This document shows positions 19,901 through 29,476 of a DNA stretch of 64,000 bases, piece by piece. Position 1 is the first letter of the stretch, and each line of letters starts with the position of its first letter. Made by a program: the position numbers and the translations under genes. The stretch covers positions 1 to 64,000 of IMG/VR virus record IMGVR_UViG_3300014039_000028. One strand, 5' to 3'. Under the pieces are notes generated by a model, which made no database searches, was not told where the DNA came from, and saw only the letters and a program-made list of their open reading frames with translations. The DNA is from a virus. Its lineage: Duplodnaviria > Caudoviricetes.

Positions 19901-21566
19901 CCTCAGCAATGCGGGAGCGATAGACTGGAATACACTCCTTGGTGTCAATTCCGCCGAAGAAGGTTTGCAGCGAGTAAAAGAACTCTTTGCAGAGATAAAA
20001 GAGTCTAAGGACGACGCTTCGTCAGGCGGAGAAGACATTATCCCTAAGCTTAATATACAGGGACTCAAATCTGTGCCGGAGCTGTATAACGAGATTGCAA
20101 AAGCGAAAGACAACGCTAGTGGCGATGTCGACGGTTCAGTAAACCTTTCCGGTGCAGCAGAGGCCGAGCAACAACTTGGCGATGTTAAGCAAGCGAAGGA
20201 TGACGCAAGTGGTTCCGCAGATGTCGAAACAGGCGCGTCCGGTGCAGCAGAAGCGGAGAGCGAACTGCGCGGCGTTGGTGACGCAGCAAATGAAATCCCT
20301 GATTCCAAGCAGATACGCGTTGCTGTCAGAGACAACGCAAGCGGCGTACTCAATGCAATCTATTCACGCCTTGCCTCGATTCGGAGCAAAACCGTCACGA
20401 TCACCACAATAGAGAAAAAATACAAGCAAACAGCAAGCGGTGCCCTCATCCCCACTAACGCGGGCGGCACTCAAAATTCTCCCGGTGGTCGCGCGGTAGT
20501 CAACGACGGTGCTCCCGTTAATGGCAGTTCGGCAGAACTTATCGTGGACAACGGCGATGCCTATATTGCAAACGGCGGCAAAATGGCAATTGTCGACTTG
20601 TCCCCCGGCGCTAAAGTCTACACGGCTAAACAGACGCAGGACATGCTCACCGGCGAGAAGGAAGAAATTCCGATGCACGCAGGTGGGGCGCTCATTCCAA
20701 GCTCTGGCGGCAATGGTGGCGTCTACGGTGGTGACCACAGCGGTGGAACTGGCGTCGGTGGCAGTACAGCCAGCAACACCGAAGAGGATGATCCGCTTAA
20801 AAAGGAAGTCAGTGAAAAGCTCGACAACATAGACAAGCAGATTGAGCTTGCCCGGAACCGGAATGACCGAGCCAAAGAACAGGCTTTGCAGGAGCAGGCT
20901 GCGAAGATGGTTCGAGATTTCGTACAGCAGTACCTCGACAACGGGTACAGCAATACGTCAAATGAAGTTCTCGACCTTCTGAACCGCGGTTACGGCTACT
21001 CTGATGACCTTATGAGCGAGTTGGTCGACTCCTTGGAAGCCCTCACCGATTCGACTAATGCGGCCAACAAGCTTGCAGAGAAGCAGCAGGCCGTTGATAA
21101 GGCACGGCAGGAGCTTGAGAACGCAAAAAAACAGCGCACGGTCAGAATCTATAACCCCGCCACTGGACAGTGGGAATGGGCGGCCAAGGCTGACGATATC
21201 CTCAAAGCTCAAGAAAATCTGGAAAAGGCCGAGAAAGACTATCAGGACACCAAAATTGAGCAGGAACTTGAGGCGCTCAAGAACGGCAACATCGGCGATA
21301 TAGGTGACCTGACCATGAGTCCGGCGCTGCGAGAACTGATAGCGAACGCGAGCGACGAAGAGCAAAAGCGCATTGCCGATATTCTGCACGCCATTTCAGG
21401 CGGTGCAAAGAACACTACTGATACTACCGGCGAGAGCATCTTCCGCAGCACCGATAGCCATGACGTATACTACCAGTTCGGCGATTTGAAGCTCTCCGAA
21501 ACAGAGGCAAAGAATATGACCGTCAAGGAGCTTGCCGAAATGCTCAAGGCCTTGAAGCTCACTTAA
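16962..21566 (+). CDS. tail tape measure protein
   Basis: 1534 aa, Ala-rich helical; TP901-like core (AGMSMEETMAMLG...SGTKAATAARAL); hydrophobic central segment. Confidence 0.9.
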   Translation: MSTIVQIQVNVNDAKAIASLTNIENIGKRLSSTPIEIKVNAGAVDKVSKSVIQLAKEQTKQATASAKQAAAEAKVQVAQEKTKQTSNRLAAQQEKTAQSANRLATGQTKAASATQKAGTEAQKTSALTDLLGDSLGRIVAKQAAWQLIGNGITAVKNSFVEALSTMKEVDSELATVRKVTGMTKDEMNALGESAYSTASKYGVAANEYLQNVSTFARAGYKEAAQGLGELAIKTQLVGDTDQETASQFLLSADAAWKYHGNVEKLSLALDEANTIDNNYATSIQKIAEGLPIVANVASMAGMSMEETMAMLGTITATTQESGTKAATAARALILNILGDTTTEISDGVTATEESVQSLNGILQKYAPDVVAAAEATGKLINPMEAIEALSKAAKDGLISEADLMQMVSALGGKLRTNQLLALLENFDMYKSMLADMGVAAGSADQEVSVMLDTWDAKANILKNTWTEFISNMVDTSLIKGALDVITGLVKALDSGFGHLVITVAGVTATFAVLSSGLKALKAGVAELALSQGPLAAGITMTTGALDVLTGAMLKSPLFWVGAATAVIYSIVKAVDALTVTYEEQAQILSDLESEYEATYGEGTRFDELKKKVGELTVAEQNEYNILKMRNDEAERQLKLARDAEYDKWMNENWSKKTAVSSDTFSSKAGQSSTAGADTVSKFRSELAAAHDEYAKGETTLTEYRNAILDIASNYDDLYDKLSDYKKDGRELGEDAENLIKTYEAVAKQANDIDTGGIDAEADSFEEVKSSVDAATEALQRYNAELEQLGNREENANAIQSAFNKAVEDFGQGKLGSSYIRSVVDMILPPDVFRELGYSYEKGMDEILNGVTGRVLSSDNIGTAWYNELLAVRDSGVLDGIVEFDDSGAIKTIASYKKVAEAMQTTEAFAQAATEHLMSQQDGLTFTGEQAANIIDQLNAKLKENGTTVKDGQAGFEAFVDALSSVTGFTTEGTLFEAIEGLSNAGAIDWNTLLGVNSAEEGLQRVKELFAEIKESKDDASSGGEDIIPKLNIQGLKSVPELYNEIAKAKDNASGDVDGSVNLSGAAEAEQQLGDVKQAKDDASGSADVETGASGAAEAESELRGVGDAANEIPDSKQIRVAVRDNASGVLNAIYSRLASIRSKTVTITTIEKKYKQTASGALIPTNAGGTQNSPGGRAVVNDGAPVNGSSAELIVDNGDAYIANGGKMAIVDLSPGAKVYTAKQTQDMLTGEKEEIPMHAGGALIPSSGGNGGVYGGDHSGGTGVGGSTASNTEEDDPLKKEVSEKLDNIDKQIELARNRNDRAKEQALQEQAAKMVRDFVQQYLDNGYSNTSNEVLDLLNRGYGYSDDLMSELVDSLEALTDSTNAANKLAEKQQAVDKARQELENAKKQRTVRIYNPATGQWEWAAKADDILKAQENLEKAEKDYQDTKIEQELEALKNGNIGDIGDLTMSPALRELIANASDEEQKRIADILHAISGGAKNTTDTTGESIFRSTDSHDVYYQFGDLKLSETEAKNMTVKELAEMLKALKLT

Positions 21567-21576
21567 ATCGGGAGAC

Positions 21577-21861
21577 GTGAATATGCTTGAAGGAATCATA
21601 GAGTTTTGGAATGCACTGAAACCCAAGGTGGAGCAGACAGTAAACGAGAAAACCGGGAACTGTCTGCGCGTGGACAGGTTCGATGTCGTAGCCGCTCCGA
21701 GCGATGGGAAGATATCTGTGCGTCAGCCATACGGTCGCACGATATCTATCCCGTACTGCGAAGAGGTCGCAGCCGCCCAAGCCGGAGACACCGTGCTTGT
21801 CATTTGGTGGGGCAGCCTGTCGACCGGCAAAGCATGGTGCTTCGGCGACGGGCCGAAGTGA
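21577..21861 (+). CDS. small tail/baseplate protein
   Basis: directly after TMP; beta-rich. Confidence 0.5.
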   Translation: MNMLEGIIEFWNALKPKVEQTVNEKTGNCLRVDRFDVVAAPSDGKISVRQPYGRTISIPYCEEVAAAQAGDTVLVIWWGSLSTGKAWCFGDGPK

Positions 21862-21877
21862 CGGGAGGTGAGAAACT

Positions 21878-23518
21878 TTGCTTTTCCAGCCATCAAACAT
21901 AAGCCCTGATGAAATTAACAGCAGCGGGACAGTAGACCTGACGCAGCCGCTGGACATAAGCTGGCAGGTCAATGGAGACTCCCCCATGCTAGCGTACCAA
22001 ATCGTTTTTTACACGAATAATTCTGCTTCTACCAAGAAGTATGATACGGGCAAAGTCTTACTGACAACGCCGTTTTGGGGCGTGAATTATGCGGGCGAGA
22101 CTCAATTCTATACCGTAACGATACCCAAAGCAACATTGAGCGCAAACGGCATTACAAACGGCAATGAGTACAAGTTCGTAATAACCCAATGGTGGAGCGG
22201 CACTGCTTCGGTAACACAATCGACCGCATCGCTGCTTCTCGGTCGGAGCACCCCCACAGTCAAAATATCCGCTATAAGCAATCCACTGACAGGGTATTCT
22301 GCCACATTCACCGGAACGTATTCACAGGCACAGGGCGATGCTCTTGCATGGGTGCGGTGGCGCATATGCGAAGTTGATAGCGAAGGCAACCGTGGCGATG
22401 CGTTTGTGGACACCGGCAAGATATACGGAACCGGTGAGTTGAGGGTCGACTACTCAGGATTTCTTAACGACACCAGTTACAGCATCGTCCTTGACGTTCA
22501 GACCGTAAACGGCGTTGATGCGTCAAGCGGCTGGGTAGATTTCCATGTTGAATACGAAGTATCCGAAGATTCGGGCGGCAGTGCAAGCGCCTGTCAGACC
22601 TCGGACGGAAGCGTGCTGGTAACTTGGGCGCAGATCGAAACGACTCAAGGTTACGACATCTATCGCAGAACGACCGGACAGAGCAATCTTGAAAAGATCG
22701 TGACCGTCGGGCGGACAGTCGGGGAGATTCGAGATTGGAGTGCGTGTTCCGGGCAGGAATATACATATTATGTCTTCCCCACAGGCCCATTGGCATACCT
22801 CACTGCTGCAATCGTCACCAACGCCGTGAAAGTGCAGTTCTGGATGTGGAATATCATAGAAGCCACTCCCAATGCAGACGGCACATATACCGCTGTGGCA
22901 AGCTACTTCTTCCGCTTTGGCAGCGGCGGTGTGGCTGAGGGACAGTTCTCCAACAACAACTCCCCTACCCTGCAGAAGAACTTCACCCGATACCCAACGC
23001 GGCAGCCAGAAACGCCTAATTACCTTACCGGCAGCGTCGGCGGTTATATTGGCAAGATAGGCAAGGATGCAACATACTCGGACACCTTGGCTCAGGCGCG
23101 GGCGCTGAGGAATCTCTCGACATCTGAAAACACCTTATTCCTGCGTGACCCCAAGGGGCATTTCCTTAACATCCACACCAATCAGCCGGTCACGGTAAGT
23201 GTAGACCACAAGAGCGTGGCCATGCCGCAGACTGTAACGGTAAGCTGGGCAGAAGTCGGGGATGCCACCGGGCTTAAGATAATCAACTCGCCCGAAGCGA
23301 CGTTCTGGCCGAGTGACGCCATTATATTTACCAGCATAAAGGTCGATCCGTCGACGGGTCGTCTTATATGGACTACCGAGGATGATTATGAGTTAGGCTC
23401 CGTACTCAGTCTCAAGAACGGAAGACTCATTCAGACAACGACTGACGGCTTTACCGTTGCTGGACTCGAAATCATTGACGGCAACACCCTTCAGGCGACT
23501 TTGAACGTGGGAGGGTGA
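21878..23518 (+). CDS. tail/baseplate protein with FN3-like repeats
   Basis: VLVTWAQIETTQGYDIYRR and YTYYV FN3-like pattern. Confidence 0.6.
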   Translation: MLFQPSNISPDEINSSGTVDLTQPLDISWQVNGDSPMLAYQIVFYTNNSASTKKYDTGKVLLTTPFWGVNYAGETQFYTVTIPKATLSANGITNGNEYKFVITQWWSGTASVTQSTASLLLGRSTPTVKISAISNPLTGYSATFTGTYSQAQGDALAWVRWRICEVDSEGNRGDAFVDTGKIYGTGELRVDYSGFLNDTSYSIVLDVQTVNGVDASSGWVDFHVEYEVSEDSGGSASACQTSDGSVLVTWAQIETTQGYDIYRRTTGQSNLEKIVTVGRTVGEIRDWSACSGQEYTYYVFPTGPLAYLTAAIVTNAVKVQFWMWNIIEATPNADGTYTAVASYFFRFGSGGVAEGQFSNNNSPTLQKNFTRYPTRQPETPNYLTGSVGGYIGKIGKDATYSDTLAQARALRNLSTSENTLFLRDPKGHFLNIHTNQPVTVSVDHKSVAMPQTVTVSWAEVGDATGLKIINSPEATFWPSDAIIFTSIKVDPSTGRLIWTTEDDYELGSVLSLKNGRLIQTTTDGFTVAGLEIIDGNTLQATLNVGG

Positions 23519-23525
23519 GCGCAGA

Positions 23526-24800
23526 ATGTATAGCAAAAACTGGCAGCAATACCTTTCCACGTTAAAGACCGACTTCACAAAACTGGCAAAACTTGAGTTC
23601 CTGCAGCCAAACGGAAGCGTTGCCTTCGCTCTGGATAATCAGGTGGCGAACAAACGTTCCAAAGCCTTTATTCAAGAAGGTGACATTACTGTGAACTTAC
23701 AGAATGGCAGCCGCAGGCAGGTAAACATCTCCCTTGCAAACCTCGATGGAGCTTATGATTATGCGCTTAACAAGATATGGTTCGGGCAGCAGATCAGACT
23801 CTCCGAGGGGCTGATACTTCCGGACGGTACAGACTTCTATATCCCACAGGGAGTGTTCCTTGTGGAGAATCCGGAAGAGGCTTTCGAGCCGGGACTTCGG
23901 CAGGCCTCATATCAGCTGACCGACAAATGGGCAGCAATCGACGGAACACTTGGCGGCAACCTTGAGGGGGCTTACGGCATAAATGCAGGAACCAACATCT
24001 TTGCCGCCATAGCTTCCCTGCTCAGGCTCAACCGCTTTGATATGTCCGGAACGACGGGCGCGCCTATAGATGCAGTCGCACCGCTCTTTACCAGCTATTA
24101 CAACGACAAGAAGCAGAAACTGACAGACGGCACAAGTGTGAGTTTGATAACCGCGCCTTACGACTATCTCAGTTCTGAGACAGGAAATATCGGTGAGGTC
24201 ATCCTTGGACTTGTAGAGATGCTGGCCGCTTGGGTCGGCTATAACCCGACCGGAAGGCTGGCTGTCGACCCGTCACAGGATGACATCCTTGATACGTCGA
24301 AGCCTGTTTTGTGGGATTTCTCGATGGGCAAGCAGCTGATTGGCATCCGGTACGCGCCGAAGCCCGCCGAGGTCTACAACGACGTCATTGTAGTTGGCGC
24401 GACGAACAACGAAAGCCTTACCGCCCGTGGCAGAGCGCAGAACCGCGACATTTCCTCTGACACCTGCATTAGCCGCATAGGGCTGAAAACCAAGCGACTT
24501 TCAATGAAGGACTATTACTCAGATGAAATGTGTCAGGCGTATGCCGAATGGCAGCTCAAGCGTTATGCCGTGCTGGGCAAGACTGTGACCTTGACCACGA
24601 CACAGATGTTCCACATTGTGGAAAACCAGATCATAACCATACGGCGAGAGGACAAGCCCGGAGCGCCCACGGAGAGGCATCTTGTACAGGGCTTCACGAG
24701 GCCGATAGGGCAGACGGGAACCATGACCATAAACGCAGTTTCAGTCAACGACTTCCCCATTGCTACAGCTGTCACAGACGATGAAAGAATAGGAGCGTGA
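23526..24800 (+). CDS. tail/baseplate hub-like protein
   Basis: VYNDVIVVG motif; synteny. Confidence 0.55.
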   Translation: MYSKNWQQYLSTLKTDFTKLAKLEFLQPNGSVAFALDNQVANKRSKAFIQEGDITVNLQNGSRRQVNISLANLDGAYDYALNKIWFGQQIRLSEGLILPDGTDFYIPQGVFLVENPEEAFEPGLRQASYQLTDKWAAIDGTLGGNLEGAYGINAGTNIFAAIASLLRLNRFDMSGTTGAPIDAVAPLFTSYYNDKKQKLTDGTSVSLITAPYDYLSSETGNIGEVILGLVEMLAAWVGYNPTGRLAVDPSQDDILDTSKPVLWDFSMGKQLIGIRYAPKPAEVYNDVIVVGATNNESLTARGRAQNRDISSDTCISRIGLKTKRLSMKDYYSDEMCQAYAEWQLKRYAVLGKTVTLTTTQMFHIVENQIITIRREDKPGAPTERHLVQGFTRPIGQTGTMTINAVSVNDFPIATAVTDDERIGA

Positions 24801-24806
24801 TAAGAG

Positions 24807-25487
24807 ATGGCACAATACGACCTCGGTAAAGTATCAATCAGACCACGCGGCGCATATGCCGCAAATACCAACTACGAGTTTCTTGACAGTGTGCAGAACC
24901 TTGGCGGCTCGTGGCTGGCGCTTGCTGCAAGTAAGGATGTTCAGCCCGGTGTCACCGCAGGGTGGCAAAATTACTGGATGATGATAACACGGGGCATCAA
25001 AACCATTGTCGGCAGCAGCCCGGCGGATGGTCAGACTAAAATCACAATAACATTCACTGATGGCGCGACTGCCACGTACACCTATAATAATGAGGTGCTT
25101 GCCAACGGCTCAGTAACCCGCGCAAAGCTGGCAAACGACGCGCTGATCAGCCCAGTAAAGTGGGTATCTGCGAGCCCTTACACGGTTATTGCTGATGACC
25201 TTGAGAAGACGATTGTTTTCGATGCGGCTTTAGCTGCCGTCCAGATAAATATGTCCAATGAACTGATCGCGGCATTGCCGACCGGTGCGTCATTTGCCTT
25301 TATGCAATGGTCATCCGCTGACAGTACCAAGCTGACCATTACGGCCGGCTCAGACTATTACATAGGCAAAGCCGGAGAAAAAAGCGGGACAAAGGGCGGC
25401 AGCGTTGCCACAAGCAAACCACGTGTCATGGTCGTAGCGAAAAAGATGACCACTTCAAGCGTGATGATTTTCGGCGTCACGGATTAA
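24807..25487 (+). CDS. tail fibre/baseplate protein
   Basis: N-terminal DLGKVSIRPRGAYAANTNYEFLDSV typical of phage tail appendage proteins. Confidence 0.55.
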   Translation: MAQYDLGKVSIRPRGAYAANTNYEFLDSVQNLGGSWLALAASKDVQPGVTAGWQNYWMMITRGIKTIVGSSPADGQTKITITFTDGATATYTYNNEVLANGSVTRAKLANDALISPVKWVSASPYTVIADDLEKTIVFDAALAAVQINMSNELIAALPTGASFAFMQWSSADSTKLTITAGSDYYIGKAGEKSGTKGGSVATSKPRVMVVAKKMTTSSVMIFGVTD

Positions 25488-25501
25488 AAGGAGGCAGACA
25501 T

Positions 25502-26422
25502 ATGGGAATGATACCAGTGGGTATAGGCGTCACAAAGGCTGCCGGAGTCGTCCGCATCAGCTACCCTGCGAACAGTACCTTGGTGGTCAAGGGAACGTCG
25601 AGCGGGAAGCAGTTCGCGAAAGACACCAACACCACCTCAAGAGCCAAGGCCTACATATTCCTTGCGCCGATAGGCGACGCGTCATACACTCTGACCGCGA
25701 CGAACACGGCGGGGAAAACCGTATCCAAGAAAGTCTACGTTGCCAAAGATCAAGTGCAGAGCGTGACGTTAGCCTATTTCTCTGCAACAATTAAAGTTAC
25801 TTACCCTGCTAAGAGTACGTGCGTTATAAAGAACAGTTCCGGAACACAGGTGGCCAGCGATACCAATACCGGAACTGCTGCCAAGACTTGGACGGCCACG
25901 GTTGATGCGAGCGGGACGTATACCATTACCGCAACTGCTACGGATGGTAGTGGCAAGACCAAGTCTACCACCGTATCCATAACCACTAATGGGCAGAACG
26001 TGAGTGCGACGCTAGCGTATGATTACATAATCTTTAGTAATGCAACCGGGTTAAACCCCATTTATTCCGATGGAGGCGGCGGCGCACCGGTTGAGATAGG
26101 TACAGATAGTAGCGGGAAAAAAACTCTAACCTTTACTGCCGATGGATATAGCCGCATGTCATATCTAAAACCCGCAATTGATTTGACGAATTATGCTACC
26201 TTAAAGATTTCCGGATATGCCGATGGCTCTGACACTTATCTTGCCTTTTGGAGCAAAATCCCGCAGGAATATGATCCGAGCATAGTTGCAAAAGTCGTTC
26301 TGTCCAATGGTAGCTCTCCCTCTTCATATACAATAGATGTTTCAAAGTTGTCAGGGAGCTATTACCTTGGAGCACAATATGCTGGTTCTTACATTGTCAC
26401 TTATGATTTAAGGCTTGAATAA
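25502..26422 (+). CDS. putative receptor-binding protein: two Ig-like repeats plus variable C-terminal domain
   Basis: two repeats (SYPANST...YTLTAT...SVTLAY / TYPAKST...YTITAT...SATLAY), then a distinct domain. Confidence 0.6.
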   Translation: MGMIPVGIGVTKAAGVVRISYPANSTLVVKGTSSGKQFAKDTNTTSRAKAYIFLAPIGDASYTLTATNTAGKTVSKKVYVAKDQVQSVTLAYFSATIKVTYPAKSTCVIKNSSGTQVASDTNTGTAAKTWTATVDASGTYTITATATDGSGKTKSTTVSITTNGQNVSATLAYDYIIFSNATGLNPIYSDGGGGAPVEIGTDSSGKKTLTFTADGYSRMSYLKPAIDLTNYATLKISGYADGSDTYLAFWSKIPQEYDPSIVAKVVLSNGSSPSSYTIDVSKLSGSYYLGAQYAGSYIVTYDLRLE

Positions 26423-26435
26423 GGAGGAGAGCAGC

Positions 26436-26735
26436 ATGACGATCTACATAGACGACGATTACAAGTGCTACGTCTCCGCAGCTGAGGGGCGCAGAGCAAT
26501 TGAGACAGACGAGTTCGACGGCAAGTGCGCGGAGTGGATAGAAAGCTACCGCCTTGTCCCGGCGGGCAAGACATGGACGCGCGAGGACGGCGAGGTATTC
26601 AAGGGTGAGATGGTGGCCCCGTGGAAAGATTTGAGCGAAGCATACGTAGCCCAGGCGCATTATGCTACGCAGTTAAATAGGCAGTATGAAACTGCTCTAT
26701 CAGCCATTGAGACCGCATTGGAGGTGGCGACATGA
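26436..26735 (+). CDS. tail-fibre-associated hypothetical protein
   Basis: AAGGAGG RBS. Confidence 0.6.
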   Translation: MTIYIDDDYKCYVSAAEGRRAIETDEFDGKCAEWIESYRLVPAGKTWTREDGEVFKGEMVAPWKDLSEAYVAQAHYATQLNRQYETALSAIETALEVAT

Positions 26736-26869
26736 CCATTGAAGAGAGAGCACAGCGGTGTCTTACCCGCATTGCAGAGATCAAGCAGGGCGGCAGCTCC
26801 GCAGAGATCGAGGACATGAAAGCCGCGCTTGAACTGCTCGGCGTGAAAGATGAGGAGGATGAAACATGA
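26732..26869 (+). CDS. small hypothetical protein, 45 aa
   Basis: read manually; ATGA overlaps at both ends. Confidence 0.55.
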   Translation: MTIEERAQRCLTRIAEIKQGGSSAEIEDMKAALELLGVKDEEDET

Positions 26870-27324
26870 GCTATCTTAAAGGTGCGCAGAGAATTCGTCC
26901 TATAATAGAAAAAGCTATGATCACCGCCGATGACACAACTGCTCTCGAAGCTCCGCAGCTTTCTAAATATTGGGTTGCCGGTGAAAAAGTCGAGCCGGGC
27001 GATAGACGTTATTACGAGCCTACCGAGCGTCTTTACAAGGTCAAAGAAGGTCAAGGGCATACAACACAAGAAGATTGGACACCAGATAAAACTCCTGCAA
27101 TGTGGGCAGTCGTGTCAAACGGCCAGACCGGTACTATCGATGACCCGATAGATGCGGTTCGCGGCATGGAGTATGAGTACGGACTCTACTATCGTGACCC
27201 GGAGGACGGCAAACTTTATCTCTGCGAACGCGCCGGTGAGCAGCCTGGCACAAAGATCACTTTACAGTACCTGCCGCATGAGCTTATCGTGCATTACTTT
27301 ACGGAGGTAATGACTGATGGATGA
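26866..27324 (+). CDS. carbohydrate-binding (CBM5/12-like) phage protein
   Basis: HTTQEDWTPDKTPAMW motif. Confidence 0.55.
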   Translation: MSYLKGAQRIRPIIEKAMITADDTTALEAPQLSKYWVAGEKVEPGDRRYYEPTERLYKVKEGQGHTTQEDWTPDKTPAMWAVVSNGQTGTIDDPIDAVRGMEYEYGLYYRDPEDGKLYLCERAGEQPGTKITLQYLPHELIVHYFTEVMTDG

Positions 27325-27368
27325 CGATGATAAAGCTTATAGCGGGCTTTTAACGGAGGATTAGGAAA

Positions 27369-28085
27369 ATGTCTATAATAGAAAAAGCCATTGCCCAGAT
27401 GGAAGCGTGGGCTCAGGACGATTCTCACGGTTATGACCAGGCTAACCGTTGGGGGCCTGACTACGACTGTTCATCTGCGGTCATACAGGCTTGGCAGAAT
27501 GCCGGTGTGCCTGTCAAATCCAAGGGCGCGTCATACACCGGGAATATGTATTCAGTATTCAAAGCTTGTGGTTTTGAAGATGCTACAGCATCGGTCGACC
27601 TCACGACTGGCGCAGGTTTGCAGCGCGGCGATGTGCTTCTAAATTATGTCCATCACACGGCCATGTATTGCGGAAATGGGCAAATAGTCCAAGCATCAAT
27701 AAATGAGTATGGGACTACTACTGGTGGACAAACTGGTGACCAAACAGGCCGAGAATTCTATATTCGTAGCTATTATAATTATCCTTGGGATGTAGTCCTT
27801 AGATATAATGGAAGCTCTGAAAATATAGCCCCATCAAACCCCGAAACGCCTAGGCTGAATCGTAATATCGCAGTATCTTTACCTGAGATACAAAATGGCG
27901 ATATAGATGTTTCTGTTGCTATGCTTCAGGCGGCGTTAAAGTATAAGGGCTACAATCCAAGATGGGTCGACGGCGAGTTCGGCGCTCAGACCGGAGCTGC
28001 GCTCAAAGCTTTTCAGTCCGACCATGGCTTGGACGCTGACGCAATCTGCGGAAAAGCGACATGGAGCGAGATAACCAAAGCGTAA
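27369..28085 (+). CDS. endolysin: NlpC/P60-like domain plus PG_binding_1 domain
   Basis: YDCSS...GDVLLNYVHHTAMY catalytic pattern; C-terminal VDGEFGAQT..ALKAFQ..HGLDADAICG. Confidence 0.85.
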   Translation: MSIIEKAIAQMEAWAQDDSHGYDQANRWGPDYDCSSAVIQAWQNAGVPVKSKGASYTGNMYSVFKACGFEDATASVDLTTGAGLQRGDVLLNYVHHTAMYCGNGQIVQASINEYGTTTGGQTGDQTGREFYIRSYYNYPWDVVLRYNGSSENIAPSNPETPRLNRNIAVSLPEIQNGDIDVSVAMLQAALKYKGYNPRWVDGEFGAQTGAALKAFQSDHGLDADAICGKATWSEITKA

Positions 28086-28096
28086 ACATATACAGC

Positions 28097-28133
28097 AAGC
28101 CCCCAGAGCGTCCATGCGGCGTTCTGGGGGCTT
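28097..28133. terminator. hairpin between convergent endolysin and recombinase genes
   Basis: AAGCCCCCAGA...TTCTGGGGGCTT. Confidence 0.6.
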
Positions 28134-28157
28134 TGCCATATCAATTCATCGCCGCGA

Positions 28158-29114
28158 TCAAACGGCTGCCGTAGGGCTTGCTACGGCGTTTTCAAGCACA
28201 TTGCCAATGCTGGCTGCGAGTTTTGCAGGGTGTAGGCGCTGGGCGTATATCGCCGTTACCTTGGTGTCAGCGTGGCCGAGAACGCCGCTTATATCGTCGA
28301 CCGCAACACCGGCTTCAAGCGCGGCGGATGCAAAGCCGTGACGCAGAGCATGAGAGCGGCAGGCGCTTTCTTCACCTATAACGGACTTGGTATATCCGTT
28401 GATAAGCTCGGAGAGCTGGGTACGCTCCAACGGCTTCCACTCCCCTGTTTTGCGGCTGACGCAGCCGAACAGCGGCGCATTGTCATCGGCAGAGTCCGGA
28501 CGTATACCGGAGGCGAGGTAGTTTTTCACAGCAGTCTGAGCCGCAGCAGAGAACGGAACCATGCGGGGCTTATCGCCCTTGGTGACGCGGAGCATGATGC
28601 AGCCGTTCGTCCAATCAAGGTCAGCCGGGGTAAGGGAACGAAGCTCAGAGTTACGCGCACCGGAGAGGAGCATAAGCGTGACCTCCGCCTGTTCCCTTGC
28701 CCATGTAGCCATTTTCTTGCCGTATACGGGGCGTTCAGCGGAGATAAGGGAATGTATCTGCTCAACGCTCAAAACGTGCTCATACGGCTTTTTCTTGGCT
28801 CTGGTGACCTTTCCCTTGGGCGGCATGGCATCGTCGAACACAAACGCCTCTGTATAGCCATATCTGGCCGCAAACTCGGAGAGCTGACGGAGCTGCCCCA
28901 TGTAGAGACTTGCTGTGGTGATAGCATCATGCGCGATGTCCGAACGGAACTTCATCACTGCGGCGGCGGTCACGTCCGCAAAACCGTGGCGCTCCATGCT
29001 CTCGCGGAAGAGTCGGAACGTCCGGGCATAACCAGTGACCGTCTGCACTGACAGCTCGTTATTGCGCATATTCTCTATGTAGGCCGCACATGCGGCGTCG
29101 TATTTCTCAAACAT
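28158..29114 (-). CDS. XerC/D-like tyrosine recombinase
   Basis: SGAR, TKGDK, HALRH, LGH and IY catalytic residues all present. Confidence 0.85.
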   Translation of the reverse strand: MFEKYDAACAAYIENMRNNELSVQTVTGYARTFRLFRESMERHGFADVTAAAVMKFRSDIAHDAITTASLYMGQLRQLSEFAARYGYTEAFVFDDAMPPKGKVTRAKKKPYEHVLSVEQIHSLISAERPVYGKKMATWAREQAEVTLMLLSGARNSELRSLTPADLDWTNGCIMLRVTKGDKPRMVPFSAAAQTAVKNYLASGIRPDSADDNAPLFGCVSRKTGEWKPLERTQLSELINGYTKSVIGEESACRSHALRHGFASAALEAGVAVDDISGVLGHADTKVTAIYAQRLHPAKLAASIGNVLENAVASPTAAV

Positions 29115-29139
29115 GGGGCGATGCTCCTTTACTATTTAA

Positions 29140-29454
29140 TCAGTAGTCCTCGTCGTCAAGGTCAATAGGGTCGATTTTGAACGTGTTGAGAACGTTCACC
29201 AGACTGTCCAGCTTTGCTTTCTGGGAGGAGAGCCTTGAGTATTTGTCCTCAACCTCCCACGCCATGCTGCTCTCCTCGTCGAACCTCTCACCGAGGATAT
29301 TGAGCAACTGAACAACGATGTGGCAATCGCAGTACAGGAATTTCTTCTTTTCCGCTTCCGTAGCGGTGCATAATGTTATCGGCTCGATATACATACGGAT
29401 GGCATCGAGCAGTCCCTGTGTATTTATCATGTGCTTTGCAACTGTATTTGTCAT
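29140..29454 (-). CDS. hypothetical protein
   Basis: AAAGGGAG RBS before ATG 29454. Confidence 0.55.
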   Translation of the reverse strand: MTNTVAKHMINTQGLLDAIRMYIEPITLCTATEAEKKKFLYCDCHIVVQLLNILGERFDEESSMAWEVEDKYSRLSSQKAKLDSLVNVLNTFKIDPIDLDDEDY

Positions 29455-29476
29455 TGTTGTAAATTCTCCCTTTTCA

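Noticed and set aside
24807-29114. Diversity-generating retroelement or shufflon acting on the tail-fibre genes
   Set aside because: No reverse transcriptase, no duplicated template region and no inverted cassettes or repeated crossover sites seen in the window.
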